Origin: Thalia democratica
Taxonomy: Eukaryota
Reading direction: 5' to 3'
Assembly: GCA_965202585.1 (NCBI GenBank)
Contig: OZ241829.1
Location: forward strand, 14,818,001-14,882,000
Length of the DNA stretch: 64,000 nt
Positions 1 to 13,510 of the stretch are shown one piece after another (the stretch's first letter is position 1; each line of letters opens with the position of its first letter). The notes beneath the pieces are model-generated. The model was given only the letters and a program-made list of their open reading frames with translations, was not told the DNA's origin and made no database searches. The position numbers and the translations under genes are program-made.

Positions 1-1127
1 TAAAATTTTTTATGATAGTCATGTCTATAAGTCATATATTATTTACTTTAAGGCACAAATAAAGTTTAATAATGGTTTAAAAAGCTGCCATTTCAAAATA
101 AAGTTGAATGTTTTACAATTACAAAAATTAAATTTGAACTTACCATATTATACTTCTTTTTGTAAGCTAAAGCCAGTTTTGCAATAAATAATGCAACCCT
201 AAATTAATAAATGTCACAAAAAATATCAGAGTTTTACCCTTGCACAAAACTGTGTAAATAAACTGATTTACTAAAAAAATTTGTTAAGTGTTTATGTTTT
301 AAAGTTTTTCGTTTTTTTTTTGATAGACAAATATTAGTTAAAAAATTTTAAAACGGTGTTTTTTTAATTTAGACACTCAAAACATACCAACTAATGTACC
401 TTAATAACTTATACTTTCGTAGCTTACTGCGCACATAATTTATTTTACAGTAGCTTAGCATAACGTTTTTAAAACGTTAAAGGCCACAGGAACATAGTTT
501 AAAGTGAACGAAAAATATTAACACTTAGTAAATAGGTTTAACCTTTTCGATCATAAAGACCCCTGAAAAAGTCTATATGCTTAAAAGAGACTACTGCAAT
601 TATTAAGCAACCTCTTATTCAAATTAAAACTGATGAAAAATTAGACATACCAAGTTTCAGAGGTTCTAAGCACACAAGAAAAAAAACATTGCGAAGAATT
701 TTTTAGAACACAACTTTCCAAACTAATTTTAATAAGTGCCTCTTTTGGTAGAAATAAGGCATAAAAATGTTCCGAATTATCAGTTGTTGCCCTTTTAGTA
801 CTTAAATACTCATTTTTTTACCGATGTTACTTATTTATCCCTGATTAGTACCCAATGAAACTCTGAAGTAAAGTTTACTTCAGAGCTATTGAAATAAAGT
901 CTAAAATAGTAAAACAGAAAACTTAACTATAAAAACTCTATGACTACAACTAGTTTTAGATTAACCCACTGTATTTTAATTACTTGATTATAAGACAAAA
1001 ATATCGAAATTTAAAACAGTTCAACTAATGTAGGTTATTGTCATTAAAATTAATATAGACTAATTAAAAAGCATAACAACTTAAAAAAAATTTAATAAGA
1101 TGTTTATTTTTTTATTTAAAAAAAACC

Positions 1128-2160
1128 CTGTTTGAATTTGAGATTTTCATCAAAAAATAGAACTAAATTAAGAAATTATAGGTCAAAAATAACTAAACAC
1201 AAAAAAAAGTTTTTTTTATTATAAAAATACTTTTTGAGTGGTAAATAAAATGCCCTGGTTACTTAAATACCATAAAAGGGCATATTAAATCAGTAAAATT
1301 AAGAATTAATTTAGAAGATTTATTTCTTATTGTTTTATTTTGAAGATTTTAATATTTAAAATTTTTTAATTTATGAACTTCAAAATACAAATTATTTTAT
1401 TCAAGTTTAAAGTAAATTTTATCAAGCATGTTTAAGTGCTTTTAATTCCTGTTATATATAAAAAAAAATGGGATGCTAAAGATTATACGTAAAAACCTTA
1501 TTTTAGTTTCTGCTGATTCATGGTCTTAGTTGTTTAAATTTGATCAGATAAAACCTATTTTACTCAACAGCTACTCAACCTGGAATTTTTAAGAACTTTA
1601 AAATGTTTAGTAGTAAAATTTAATAAAATTTATTTTTATATATTTATATAAACATATATATTTTTTTTTTTGAAAAACAGTGTTTGAATTTGAGATTTTC
1701 ATTAAAATAGAACTAAATTAAACAAGTATAAGTCAAAAATAACTAAACACAAAAGAAAACCTTTTTTTGTATAAAACTAATTTTTTAGTGATAAATAAAA
1801 AGCCCTGGTACTTAAATAACATAAAAGGCAAATTTAGTCAAAGGCCAATTAAGTCAAAGGCCAGTTTAGTCAAAGGCCAATTTAGTCAAGTCTAGTCAAG
1901 TCAAATCTAGTGAAGTCCTAAATTAAGCTTAATAAAGTTTGAATAAATATTTTAAATTATTATATAACAAGATTTTAATAATAAAATTTTTATTTTTATA
2001 AACTATATACTTAATAAAATATATTATTTTGATTTAATTTCTAAAATTAAAGCACTCATACTTAAGTGATTTTAGTTCCTGTTAATTATCAAACAAAAAA
2101 CGGGTTGTCAGAGATCATATTTAAAAATCTAGTTTTAGTTTCTGCTTATTCATGGTCTTT
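1128..2160 (+). repeat. Diverged local tandem duplication (~550-bp unit, two copies)
   Basis: The blocks TGTTTGAATTTGAGATTTTCAT...AACTAAACAC...GCCCTGG(T)TACTTAAATA and TTTTAGTTTCTGCT(G/T)ATTCATGGTCTT occur at both ~1128-1540 and ~1680-2160. Confidence 0.7.
1831..1915 (+). repeat. Short 16-bp tandem array (AATTTAGTCAAAGGCC-like)
   Basis: Three to four adjacent copies of (A)ATTTAGTCAAAGGCC followed by degenerate AGTCAAGTCT copies. Confidence 0.75.
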
Positions 2161-2229
2161 ATTTTAACATTTCAGTTTAATTCAATAGTTAGTGTTCTTT
2201 AGTTTAATTGTAAAGTTAATACAGACATA

Positions 2230-2681
2230 CGAGGGTTCTCTTTCGCGCAAAGAAATTCTTGTACGGGTTAGAAATTTTAATATTAGTTAGTTTTATTACC
2301 ACTGGTACTTATTTGCCATGTTCAGTAACTTTTTTCTCTGATACACTTTTTATAAAATGTTTTGTTTTTAACTTTACTATAACCTTTGATCAGTAATTTT
2401 GTTTGTAATTATTGTGTTATTTTATAGTTTTACCTTTATTAAAATTTTTAGAATTTTTTATTTTTATTTTGTCTATTTTTTACTTTCACTTTAACTCCTA
2501 ACCCTTACCCTTTGTCGGTAACTGTTTTTTTCTAATTATGTTATTATTCATCATTATTTTATTTTTATTTAATAAATCTCTAGAAAAATGACTATAAGTA
2601 CCAAAGTGACTACTCGTGCAAAAGTGACCATTCGTGCAAATTTGACAACCCTGGTAAAGTGTCTTTATATTTTACCCTTCC
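2230..2681. mobile_element. Degenerate MITE of the family with 17-bp AAAGTGAC..CGTGC subterminal repeats
   Basis: 2600-2680 carries AAAGTGAC-(5 nt)-CGTGCA repeats. The reverse complement of 2490-2680 resembles 51882-52060, including the GTAAGGGTTAAGGG tract. Confidence 0.5.
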
Positions 2682-4020
2682 ACAAATAACAGTATACAAA
2701 CCTAGAATAGATTTTTCTATAAAACGTAGCAATAAAAATAAAGTATTGATACACTGTTTTTTTTTTTAATTCAAATTTGCTAGCATAATTAAGCTAATGT
2801 TAGTCAAGTTATACGTTTGATGTCTTCTATTCTTTATAAGTGTGTTTGGTAATACATTATCAATTTTTAAGTACTTCTGAATTTTTACAGTTATATGTTT
2901 GAAAAAAAAAGAATCAAAACTAGTTTCAAAAGTTTAAATAACATTCTTAAAGATATAAAAAATATAATTAGTTTTACAGTAAAAATTGTACACTTTACAT
3001 TTAATTTTATATAGATTGTGAGTATATAAATTTAAAAAAAGTAATTTACTCAAAAGTACTTTACATTAACTTATTATATTATATTTAGTCTAGAATGGTA
3101 GTTCTTAATTTTAAATATCCAAAGGATAAGTGTATAGAAATTTTACATACCTTACTTAGGGTATAACATAGAGTAAACTATTTTGTAGACATCTTTTTTT
3201 GCAAACGTTGTTAGGTTTTGGAACTCTTACAATCTTCTTTTTCCTTAAATTACTTGTGTATTTTTGTCTATTTTTTACCAGTTAAAAGTTGTTAACTCAT
3301 TAAAAGTTGTATAAAATAGTTTTACTACTATATTAAATTGTTGTATATTTAAATGTTTTTATTTTTTATTTAAAGGATAATTTTATCAAGTTATTTTTAT
3401 ATTTTTATTATATTTAAATTATAATGAACTACAACAGACTTAAAACATAAAAATGCAAAGTAAAAACTCTGGACGCAGTCAAGTTCCAAAACCTTTAAAA
3501 AATCAAAAACTATGATTGCTAAATATGTGAAAACATGCAAAAAAAATTTCACAGCTCGCAATAGTATTGTCGGAAGAGGTTATCATTGTTTTTAATTTTT
3601 ATACTGTAAAATCATAATCTAATAAAAACCTGCTTAAATTGCTGACAAAAATTATTCTACAGAATTATTCAAAAGTTGCATTAAAATTTTTTAGTTTTGT
3701 TTAGTTTTACATTTTGAGAAACACTAGTTTAGTTTTATAAATATAATGTTACTAAACAATTCATTAAAGTCAACAAAGAAATAAATAATATTTACAAGTA
3801 ACTTTAAAAAAATCAACAACAAAAACGACTAAATACTGATCTAAAAACAACAATTATATTTCGTAAAAAAAAATTCTATGATAAAGCTACTTTAATGAAT
3901 GAGGTTTAATTAGTTTACAAAAAACTAGTTGTTGAATTTAACTAAATACTAGACATCTTGTTTTCTTTTTTTTTTTGTTAATATCTAGTCTTAAAAAAAG
4001 CTTTTTTAATTAAAACTGTG

Positions 4021-5430
4021 AGTTTTACAGAAAACCTGATTAAAAATGAGGACAAGCTAATACTTCAAATTAAAACTAACAAGGTTTTATTAGATGAAGT
4101 TGAAGAAAAAAGGATTTCCAAGTTCGCAAATAAAAAGTAAAATGCAAACAACAGTGTGGTTTGTTATTACTTATCAAAGAATTTCAAGCTTTTAAACTTG
4201 AATGAAAGTTCCATGAACTTCGTGGAGAGCTGCTTTCCAATAGTTGCTGAGTCGGACTACTTTTTAGAACTTGATTTCAACTTCATCAAAAAATTATTAT
4301 CGAGCAGCGGATTGAGCGTAGACACGGAAGTGCAAGTATTCAATGCAGCAAACAGGTGGATTAACTATGATGTAACAGAGCGTAGCAAACAAGTGGTACA
4401 CCTCCTGTCTAAAGTTCGACTTCAGCTTCTATCAGCTCCAGCTTTAGCCTATCTCCGAATTGCTTGCAGAGCGTCATCTTTTAGCATTGATGGTAATGAA
4501 TGCACTGAGGTTATTAAAACAGTTTTATTGGACAAGAAACATTCAACCACAACAAATGGCGACGTTAAAACCAGATATTGCAACCAAACTAGTTTTAACA
4601 TAGTTGTTTGTGGAGGGCAAAATATAAATAAATTTAACACCGTTAGTGAAGTAAAACTTTTAAAGAATACCAACTTTCGTGGAATGAAGTATTTGCGGCG
4701 AATGAAAATAGCCCGAGAAAATTTTGGAGCAGTTTGTGTTAAAGGTGAAGTTTATGTGTTTGGTGGAATTGATCTTCATTTAAATTGCATAATGCCAGTT
4801 GAAAAATACTCCCCTCTTACCAACACTTAGGAACACATATCTAACATGTATGATGGTTGTATTTATTTTTCCACTTGTTCTTTTATGGAAAGTGTTTATA
4901 TTGTTGGCGGATCTATTAGTTTTTCATCTACAGCTACGAGTGTTAAATTTAGTACAAAAACCTATGAATGGGAAGAAATCGCCAATATGAACGATGCAAG
5001 AAAGTTTTCAGCTAGTTCCGTATTTGAAGGAAGAATTATCGTATCTGGTGGACGGAATGGTAATGTAACACTAAACAATGTAGAAGCATATGATCATGCA
5101 GCTCATACATGGTCATGAATGCCGGACATGATTGAAAGAAGATACCATCACAAATCAGTTGCAGTAAAAAACAAACTGTTTCAAATTGGTGGTTTAAACA
5201 ACTGTGAAGTTTATGATTCCAATACTGAAGTGTTTACTTTGTTGATAGAACATGAATAAAATATTTTTAGCATGTTTAGCAATGCTATCGAAGCGATCAC
5301 AGTTGGTAGCAAGTTATTTGTTTTTTGCCACGGAGGTAAAGTTATGGTTTACGACTTTGAAATCGATGAATGGTCAGAAAAAAGCTGTTATGCAACAAGA
5401 AATATTGCGAAGTTTTCCTGCGTAAATTAA
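4021..5430 (+). pseudogene. Intronless BACK-Kelch (kelch-like) pseudogene
   Basis: One reading frame gives a BACK region (YFLELDF...VFNAANRWINYD.ERS..LLSKVRLQLL) and Kelch repeats (VYVFGG..VEKYSP, VYIVGG, IIVSGG..VEAYD, LFQIGG..CEVYD). In-frame stops at 4138, 4828, 5116 and 5257; terminal TAA at 5428-5430. Confidence 0.85.
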
Positions 5431-8400
5431 CCTGTAGACTTATAAGTGATAGAAATCTATACAACTACAAAAGAGACATTGTACTTTGTTGTTTCCTTGT
5501 TTGATTTTCATCAGTCTGAACTTCACCATGTGTAAACTTGGTGTGTAATGTATTTGCTAAAGTCGTTCTAATTCCATTTTGTTTTAATGCTACATTTCGA
5601 TTACTTCTTATTCTAAACTAATAACAAAATTAAAGTAATAAAGTTTCTTGAAAATATATTAACAATACAGTTTGCAATAAACTGTTTTGTTTTATTGAAT
5701 GTAGTTTCCAAATGCAATTTTTGTTAAAACACAAGTGCTGATTATTTAGACGTTTATCTTTGAACTAATTTCTAAAAACTCGAACATTTTTTATACTAAT
5801 AATGATTCCTTTATGTATTTACGCTTAATTAAATATTACTTTACAAAATATTTTTTTCTGTTTAGTTTATGTTTCTTAACAGACTCCGTTTTACAGGAGT
5901 GATTGCTTAAATCTATTATCTATATTGTTTTTGTTTATATGTCTTGATAAAGTGTTAGCTATATTAGTGATTTTAATAAATTTCCCTTTAGTTTATACGT
6001 ATTGTCTGTATATTAGGTGAACAGTAACTTAAAAAGAAAGTTTAGTTTTTTCTATTAGTAGAAAGTAAATAAAGTTCATAGTAACAAATGAGTGTAAAAT
6101 ATTAAATTTTAGGAAAAAAAATGAATGTACAGCCTTTTTCTTTCGTTACACTCTTCTGTCAGGTATTTATTTAATATTACCATTAATTGTCCAGCTTAGC
6201 AAACAAGCTTTTTTACTTGTGGTTTATTTGAATTATTTTTTTAGTTGGACAAGTTTACAAACTATACTGATAGATCATTCTTATAAGAGAAAGTTTTGTT
6301 CAATTTTAATATTGATTTTTTCTGCATTGATTAATCTCTTCTGAGTAGAAATAATTTAAGTGTACAAAGATTACAGAGGATTTTACAAGTCTTTCTTATA
6401 GTTTCCAATTGGAACAAGGCTGTTTTTTATGTCATTTAATACTCAAGTCTTCCAAAACTTAGCCTTTATAAACTTTTATTAAGCTATCTTAATTAGGCAG
6501 TTCTAATACACATGCAAACCAAACTTATTTTTTGTAAACATAATTCATTTTAAATTATAATTAATAAGTCTATAAGTTGCATACTTTCAATAAGTAAATC
6601 ATTTCTTCTTAACTAAAATAACATATATCAGATTAAGAGTTTTTGTTATCAGTTAAAGTTTGTAAACTATCTTTCACAAAGTTATTTTCATATAAGACAA
6701 CTAAAACATTCTCCTTGAGTTCAAAATTTTAAAACTCAAAATCTAATCGAGTAAACTTAAGTTTTATTTTTTTTAAAGTGTTTTGATGAATTGAATTTTA
6801 ATAGAAATATAAGAGCCTTGTTTACAGTAGTAATCAAAAACGTTGCCCACAGATCGAATCTGACCCGACCGGAATTCTGTGGCTTGTGACGCATTGTGAC
6901 GTAATGTTAAAGAAAATATTATAGTTTTATTGCAAATTTGAAAAAAAGCTTCTAGCGTAACAGTTATTTAAAAGACAATAAAACTATAACAAACAGTTTT
7001 TAAAAGATATTTTAACTACAAGTTTGCGTCAAAAAATAGTCCAATTAAAAAAAGCGTTTAAATTTACGTTGTTATGTGAGTATTTTTTCTAAGAAAAACT
7101 GGACCGTAATCTACAACAACCTACAACACGCTGACCTAGATCTAGTCTTCATAAAATGTATAACATCTTATAAGCAAAAGTGTATTATTTATATAAAAAA
7201 AATTAAATGCTTTGCCTGTGAAAGTTACACTTAGTATCTTACAAAATTTTTATCAATTCATCACTTTTAGTAAACTTAAGTAGACATCGTGCAAGCGTTA
7301 TTTTTTTTTTCTTGCTTTAGTGTAAAGCTTTATAAAGTTTATTAGTTTATCTATGGTTTCGGTCGGTCTATGCTAATTTTCGTAGGAAAAGTAAATAGTA
7401 ACAGTTTAAATTTTTAATACTTAACTTAGTATTGTTTTGTTGTCTTTATTACAGACATGACGAAAAACGCTAAATATTAGTACAATATATTTAGTTTAAA
7501 CACATAAAAACTTACCAAATTTATCTAATAAAAGTTTTTTTTTTACTTTAATTATAACATATACCAGTTTACTTAACATATATCAAATTATAATCTACAT
7601 ATTATATGTATGGAATGCCTAGTTTTTCCTATTTAATGGATACAATACTTATGTTTATAACTATTAAGGCTTATCAATATTTTCTTAAGCCGTTGTTAGC
7701 CTCAACGAAATAAATTTTCTTGATACAAAAAATTACAGTTTTTATTTTTAAATTTGTTAGCTACAAATCTGTTTGTCCTCTCATAAATTAGTTAATATTT
7801 GACTTGTTATAACTGCATGTAGTTAGTCTATAAAATGTAAGTTATAAAAAGAAAATACAGCAGACAATTGTTTTTGGAAATTCAAACTATATTTTTATAA
7901 AAATATTAATTTTAGTGAGTTTTTTACTTAAAAATTTTGGGAAAGGTGCCACCCGATTTGGGAGTTTTCCCTAAATCGAAACTTAATATATATAATTTAA
8001 GAGAAACTAAAAATTTCGAACTTAAAACGAAACAAAAAATATCTATCGTCACTTTTGCAAATTTTTAGTTTCTGATTAGTTTTATATATTCTATCGGGAG
8101 ATACTGTCATCTTTAATATATTTTAAATGTGAAAACATCTAACAGTGACTTAATGAATTGTTTTAAAACTCATCGGTTTTTAGTAAAGTGTTTTAAAATA
8201 CAATTTCAATAGGATAAAGTATTGTATCTACTTATAGTTAAATTATTTAACCTTCTGATACTATTTGTCTATATCAAATAGCTTACTTATAGAAAATACT
8301 TTATACTTTATACTTAATTGATTTTTTTAACAGTGTAGTAATATATAAAAGCGATTGTATCATTTGCTTTATTTTAAGAATAAAAGCAATTAAATATATA

Positions 8401-11080
8401 AGTTTTATAGGTTTATGATAAAAAAGTTTTATTTATGTATTTATAAAATATAATTTTTAAGCCTATAATTATGGTAAAAAAACAACATTGAACTTCATAT
8501 AATTTTAGCTTGATATTGGTGCAGCATCATTCTAGGTAATTACCGAATTTTTTAATGAAACTTCAATTTTATTGATTAAATTACTTGAAAAGATGTTTTG
8601 TTATAAATATAAGTTTTTCTGGCTCTTTTAGTTTTAATTTATCTAAATTTAATACAGTATAATAAATAAAATTTTTAATACTTTTCCATTACTACTTATA
8701 TATTTTTATTTTTTTCTAAGCAAAAAAAAAAGCATTTTAAACACAAGGTTTTTTGCTAAACACTGCGTACTTAACTAGCAATGCATACCTAAGAAATGCA
8801 TACTTAAGCGGGAAATTAAGAACAAAACAAATTGTGAACCCCCTTTAAAAAAAAGTCTAGACACGCCCCTGGTTAATAATAGTTTAATGTCCAAACATAT
8901 TAACCTTTTTATTAAATTTTTATTATCCTTTTAATTAAGAACTCAACAGTAAATTGAGCAATTTTTACAGTTAAGATAAATACTTATAAAACAAGATACC
9001 GGTACACATTAAATTCTTTTTTATTTTGCAAGCTATACCTAAAAACTTTAGAACATCAATTAAGCATAATGGAAAAACAACCAATGTTGTAATAAGATTT
9101 TAAAGAAGCTAAATTAAAGTTTAAAAAGTAAGAGATATTGTGTCAAAAATTTGTACTTTTTTCTTTAAATAAATTTTACTCTTCCGTAATGTTTGTTTTT
9201 GATGATCATTTTGATGAAACAAAGCTCAATTAACAATAAATGAAGTTTTTCTTTATGTTTCAAACAGTATGATTTATTTTCTATTAACTTAGTGGACCGT
9301 TCTCGTTCGATCTTGATAAAGGAGAGTTTAGTTCAGATAGCTTACAGTTTGAAACTTTGTCAAATTTCTACGCTGTCAATCAAAACCTTCATGTAATAAT
9401 TAAGTTGACAAATAATAGAACTGTAAAATATACTTTATAACATTTGCATCTATGTAATAACAAAGAGTATTAAGATGAAGATTAAAAGTTTGTCAAACAA
9501 CCCCTTATCTCTGTCTGAGGTTGGAAACCCACGTATTGATATAAAGTCTGCATATTTTTATTGAGTCCTGAGAATGACAACCTCTGCTTTTTTTATAAGC
9601 AAAATTTCAAAAATAGTGTTAAAATAAATCTTTTAATTTACCTAAGTAATGTACACTAAACAATGTCTTTAATGATAAAAAGTTAAAAGACTGTATAAGG
9701 CTTTGAACGGGGAAAGACAAAACAAAACTAAAACATCAAAGAATTAATTTTTAAACTTGTTGTTTCAGAAATTGTTAATACTTAAAAGGAAACACAAGCT
9801 TTCTATCGACCTTTGACACACTTTGACCTCCACACTAAGTTTAGTTTTAGGACACGATTTAAAAACAAATACCTTTTTTTTTTAGAATACTTAATTCCAG
9901 ACTTACCATGATCTAATTGTGCAAGAACTAAAGTCTTAGCAAAAAAAAGTTGACGCGGTACATACGTTTAGACAATGGATCTCAACCAATGAAAGTGAAC
10001 TTAATGACCTCGATCTTGAGAGTTCACTCAATTCTGAAGACTCAACCGATCAAGACTTAAAGGGTTTGAAGGTTCAGATTCTTGTGAGTATGAATGGTTT
10101 TGGGACAAAGGAGAACCTCTAAATGCTGCATAGGAAGTAAGAACTTTCAGTACGATAGACTGGTAGACGGTGGTGTGAAATAGAAAAGTCCCAAACTCAA
10201 TGAGGCACCAAAATCTGTTTCTATGTGTGTTTTTTGCAATCCGTAAAGGAACACAGAGAAATATATGGCTCAGCTTTAATTCTAAAATTTTACAAACTTC
10301 TATCCAATTACTTTTTTTATAAATTTAAAAACGTATGAGAATTAACATCAGTATTTTAGTAAAGTATAAAATTAACTTGTATGAAAACACTTTACTGTAT
10401 TATATTATTTAGCTCTTTTTTTTACTATGCAATTAGTAACTACAATATCTTTTTTCAACACAAATAGTTTAGTATGAAGCCTTGTAGTTTTTTAAAAAGA
10501 CAAACTGAAATTAACTAAAAATATTTAAACTTAACCTTGGTTAAGCATTTATGTAAACAAAAAAAAGTTAAGCAAAGTATATAAAAATTTTCATTTTGGT
10601 TTTATTAGTGGATTTGTTTATCCTTAAAATTTTTTTATTAGTATTAAGGAAGAAACAATTAATACAGAATTTCTCAAGTATTTAAACCAAAAAGTATATA
10701 TTTAAAAGATATTATGTTAATGATATGTTTTTTATAATTACTTTTTGTAATTACGTTCTAGATTAATTACCACTCTTGATTTGTCTTTTACAGTAAATAC
10801 TTATTAAATTGTTATTTGATATTTGAAATAATTTTTAATTTGATGAATAAAATTCAATACGTAAATAAGAATGTATTTTAAAAGTTTAAAAATTGCAAGA
10901 ATAAATTATTTTTATATACTTTTGATCTTGACATAAACTATTTTGAATTTTTAGGTTTTTGATCAATTATTTTAGTATATCTTCTACATTTTATATTCAT
11001 TATATCATCATTTAAATAAAGCATTGTTTAAAACCAGAAGATCAAAAAATAAACTTTAGAATGATCAAAGCAATATAATT

Positions 11081-11600
11081 CAGGGTTTGGCAAACTGCGG
11101 CCGGCAAGCATGTAAATTCGGTCCCGCTAAACCAGTTTGTTTACATAAGTTCAAAACTTTGTGCTACAGTAATAAATTTGCTAGTTTAAAAAACTGGCAG
11201 CTATTGTTTTGAGCAACGTGGATTTTCTAAAACTACGAAATGTTTAATCCACATTCAAAGCATACTTAACTTCAACAGAGGGGTCAAAGTTGCTAAAAAG
11301 TTTTTTATTTTTGTTTAAATTTCCAGCTAACTTGTTTTAGAAGAGTAATAATATTTATTTACTGAACTAAATAAAAACGGACAAAACGCTTCACCGGACT
11401 GCTTTTTTTTTGAAACATGTGTCTTGGTAAATTGTTTGTATTCATATTTAAGTATAAACTTTTTCTTAAAAATGACTTCCACATTCTCATTATTTGCAAC
11501 TGAAGAACTACTTTGATATATTTTCCTGACTTAACTCAATCCTCAGCTTTGTTCTTATAAATTAAAGATTTGAAATTATTACTTCAAGCTACTAGAGTAT
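11081..11600. mobile_element. Solo terminus of a hAT (Charlie/SPIN-like) element
   Basis: Starts CAGGGTTTGGCAAACTGCGGCCGG..GCATGTAAA, closely similar to the terminus at 15204. No partner end was found. Confidence 0.5.
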
Positions 11601-12539
11601 AAAAAATAAAATAAATTACATTTAAAAATATACTTACGTACTGAGCAATCTTTAAGTCTTGTTTGCAGAAAATACTTACGTTTCTTGGTCTTTTAAATTC
11701 GGATGTATATTATATCTTAAGAAAATGTAATGAAGATATAACATAAGTTCAGAATTGTAGTTTAAAAATTATTTACTTTTTTTATCATATTTTTGTACGT
11801 AACTATCGTCATTGAAAAATATAAAACCAAATGAGTTAAATAAAAGGTGTACATATTTGTACAGTGAGCTATTCAACACAAAAAATTAGATAGAAACATA
11901 AGATGTTCAAAGAAAATTTAGGTCTATAGACCTGGTTGCACGAGAAGGTTTTTAGTTTTTCGAGCGCATATTATATAAAATTAGTTTATGTTAAACCATT
12001 CCAATTAAGTAATAAAACGAATGACTTAATAAAAAGCAATTCATATAAATTTCTCTTGCAAATAAGATAATTTTCTTTGTACAACGTATATTTGTATGAT
12101 TTAACAATGTTTATCTTACTAATAGAAACAGTTAACATTAGTGTATCGGTTTAGTTTCATTCTTTACCTAATTATATAAATAAAATATAAATGTGCATTT
12201 TTACTAAATGAAAATTAACAACATGTAAACGAAAACAAACATAGTTAAGTCTTTAATATAGCATTTATAACAAACTGTAAACCAGTTAAGAGAAACAAGT
12301 ACTTACATAAGCAAACAATTCAGCTTAATTCAGGATTATTGTCTTTGATAAATAATAAACTTTAAAAAAACTAGTATTACTTGAAAATAGTTTCCCAAAT
12401 AGAAAATGTTACAGTCATTCATATATAAATAATTACAATTGTCTACTCAAGAATTTATACTCATACTATGTTTATAACCAAATAAAGTTTAGAAATTCTA
12501 GATTGTGTTGCACCTATAAACTTTATCCAGTCATTTAAA

Positions 12540-13439
12540 TTACCTGGAAATTCTGTGATACAACTTTATCAATCTTGTGTTTCGAAAAACTGAATACTTT
12601 TGTTTGGAACAGTCAATAGAAATAGTGCAATTGTTTTTAGTTTTTATGTAGCCTACAAAATATTTGAGTGCTTCAATTGCTGCATCTTTTCTTTCATTTG
12701 GTAGTGTATCTACCATACCATCAAAGTCAATTTCTGTCGCTCGATTTTTCGTAGCTGCATTATAATTTCTATCAGCACGACTTTTTCTTGCAGGGTTAGC
12801 TTTGTTATTGGATTTTGAATCTGATTTTTGATTGTAACGTTTTTCTTTTAAAACTACATTTCTATTTGGTTCAGCATTTTTCTTGGTAACAGTTTTGTTT
12901 CTTGTTTTAGTATCTAGATCAATTGTATTAAGGTTTTCTTCTTCATCCAGAAAAAGGTCAAATGATATAGTCAGATTGTTTTTATATTCAATGAAATCAA
13001 TTAATTCAAGGAGTCCTTTAATTTCATCATATCTGCTAACCGGGATAACATCTTCTAGATCATCATTAATAGGCGTAGTGTCAACAGAACTTCTAATTTT
13101 TTCTGTATCGTCAGATTTTTTTAAAAAGTCCTCCTCTAGACCACAATTTTTGTAAGTTTCTTGTACTTCATCAGGTTTTCCTGATAACTTTTCTTCCTTT
13201 GAAAAGATCAAGTCACGAATTTCATTCCACATCGTTTCAACATCCTTATAAAGCTCTGAATGTTTATTCGGTGACATTGCAGTTTTGTATTCAGGATCCT
13301 GAATTGAAAATCCATCCATTCTGTCAAGCAGTCGGTAGAACGTTCTGTCGGAAATTGCAGCAAATAATTGGTTAGATTTTTCGTTAGAAGTTGTAGCGAA
13401 TGTTTGATTTGATTGGTTGAGCTGCTTCTTCGAAGACAT
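12540..13439 (-). CDS. Intact intronless 299-aa hypothetical protein with an internal repeat
   Basis: A 900-nt open frame in very AT-rich DNA, from ATG to TAA, with a TATA-like box upstream. Repeated motif L.E/LIDFIEYKNNLTISFD vs LKYFVGYIKTKNNCTISID. No family recognised. Confidence 0.65.
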   Translation of the reverse strand: MSSKKQLNQSNQTFATTSNEKSNQLFAAISDRTFYRLLDRMDGFSIQDPEYKTAMSPNKHSELYKDVETMWNEIRDLIFSKEEKLSGKPDEVQETYKNCGLEEDFLKKSDDTEKIRSSVDTTPINDDLEDVIPVSRYDEIKGLLELIDFIEYKNNLTISFDLFLDEEENLNTIDLDTKTRNKTVTKKNAEPNRNVVLKEKRYNQKSDSKSNNKANPARKSRADRNYNAATKNRATEIDFDGMVDTLPNERKDAAIEALKYFVGYIKTKNNCTISIDCSKQKYSVFRNTRLIKLYHRISR

Positions 13440-13475
13440 TCTTGCGAGTTTTAGCTTACTTCAGAAAAAAAAGAT

Positions 13476-13510
13476 ACTGTATAAATGCTTAGGTTATTAG
13501 TATATTTATA
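13476..13510 (-). promoter_or_regulatory. Putative TATA box plus initiator for the orphan ORF
   Basis: Minus strand has TATAAATA at 13510-13503 and ACAGT at 13480-13476 (~30 nt downstream), about 40 nt before the ATG. Motif chance is high in AT-rich DNA. Confidence 0.35.

Noticed and set aside
9970-10150. Acidic coding-like stretch (WISTNESELNDLDLESS...; YEWFWDKGEP) resembling a piggyBac N-terminus
   Set aside because: No catalytic domain, TTAA-flanked TIRs or other supporting motif was identified.
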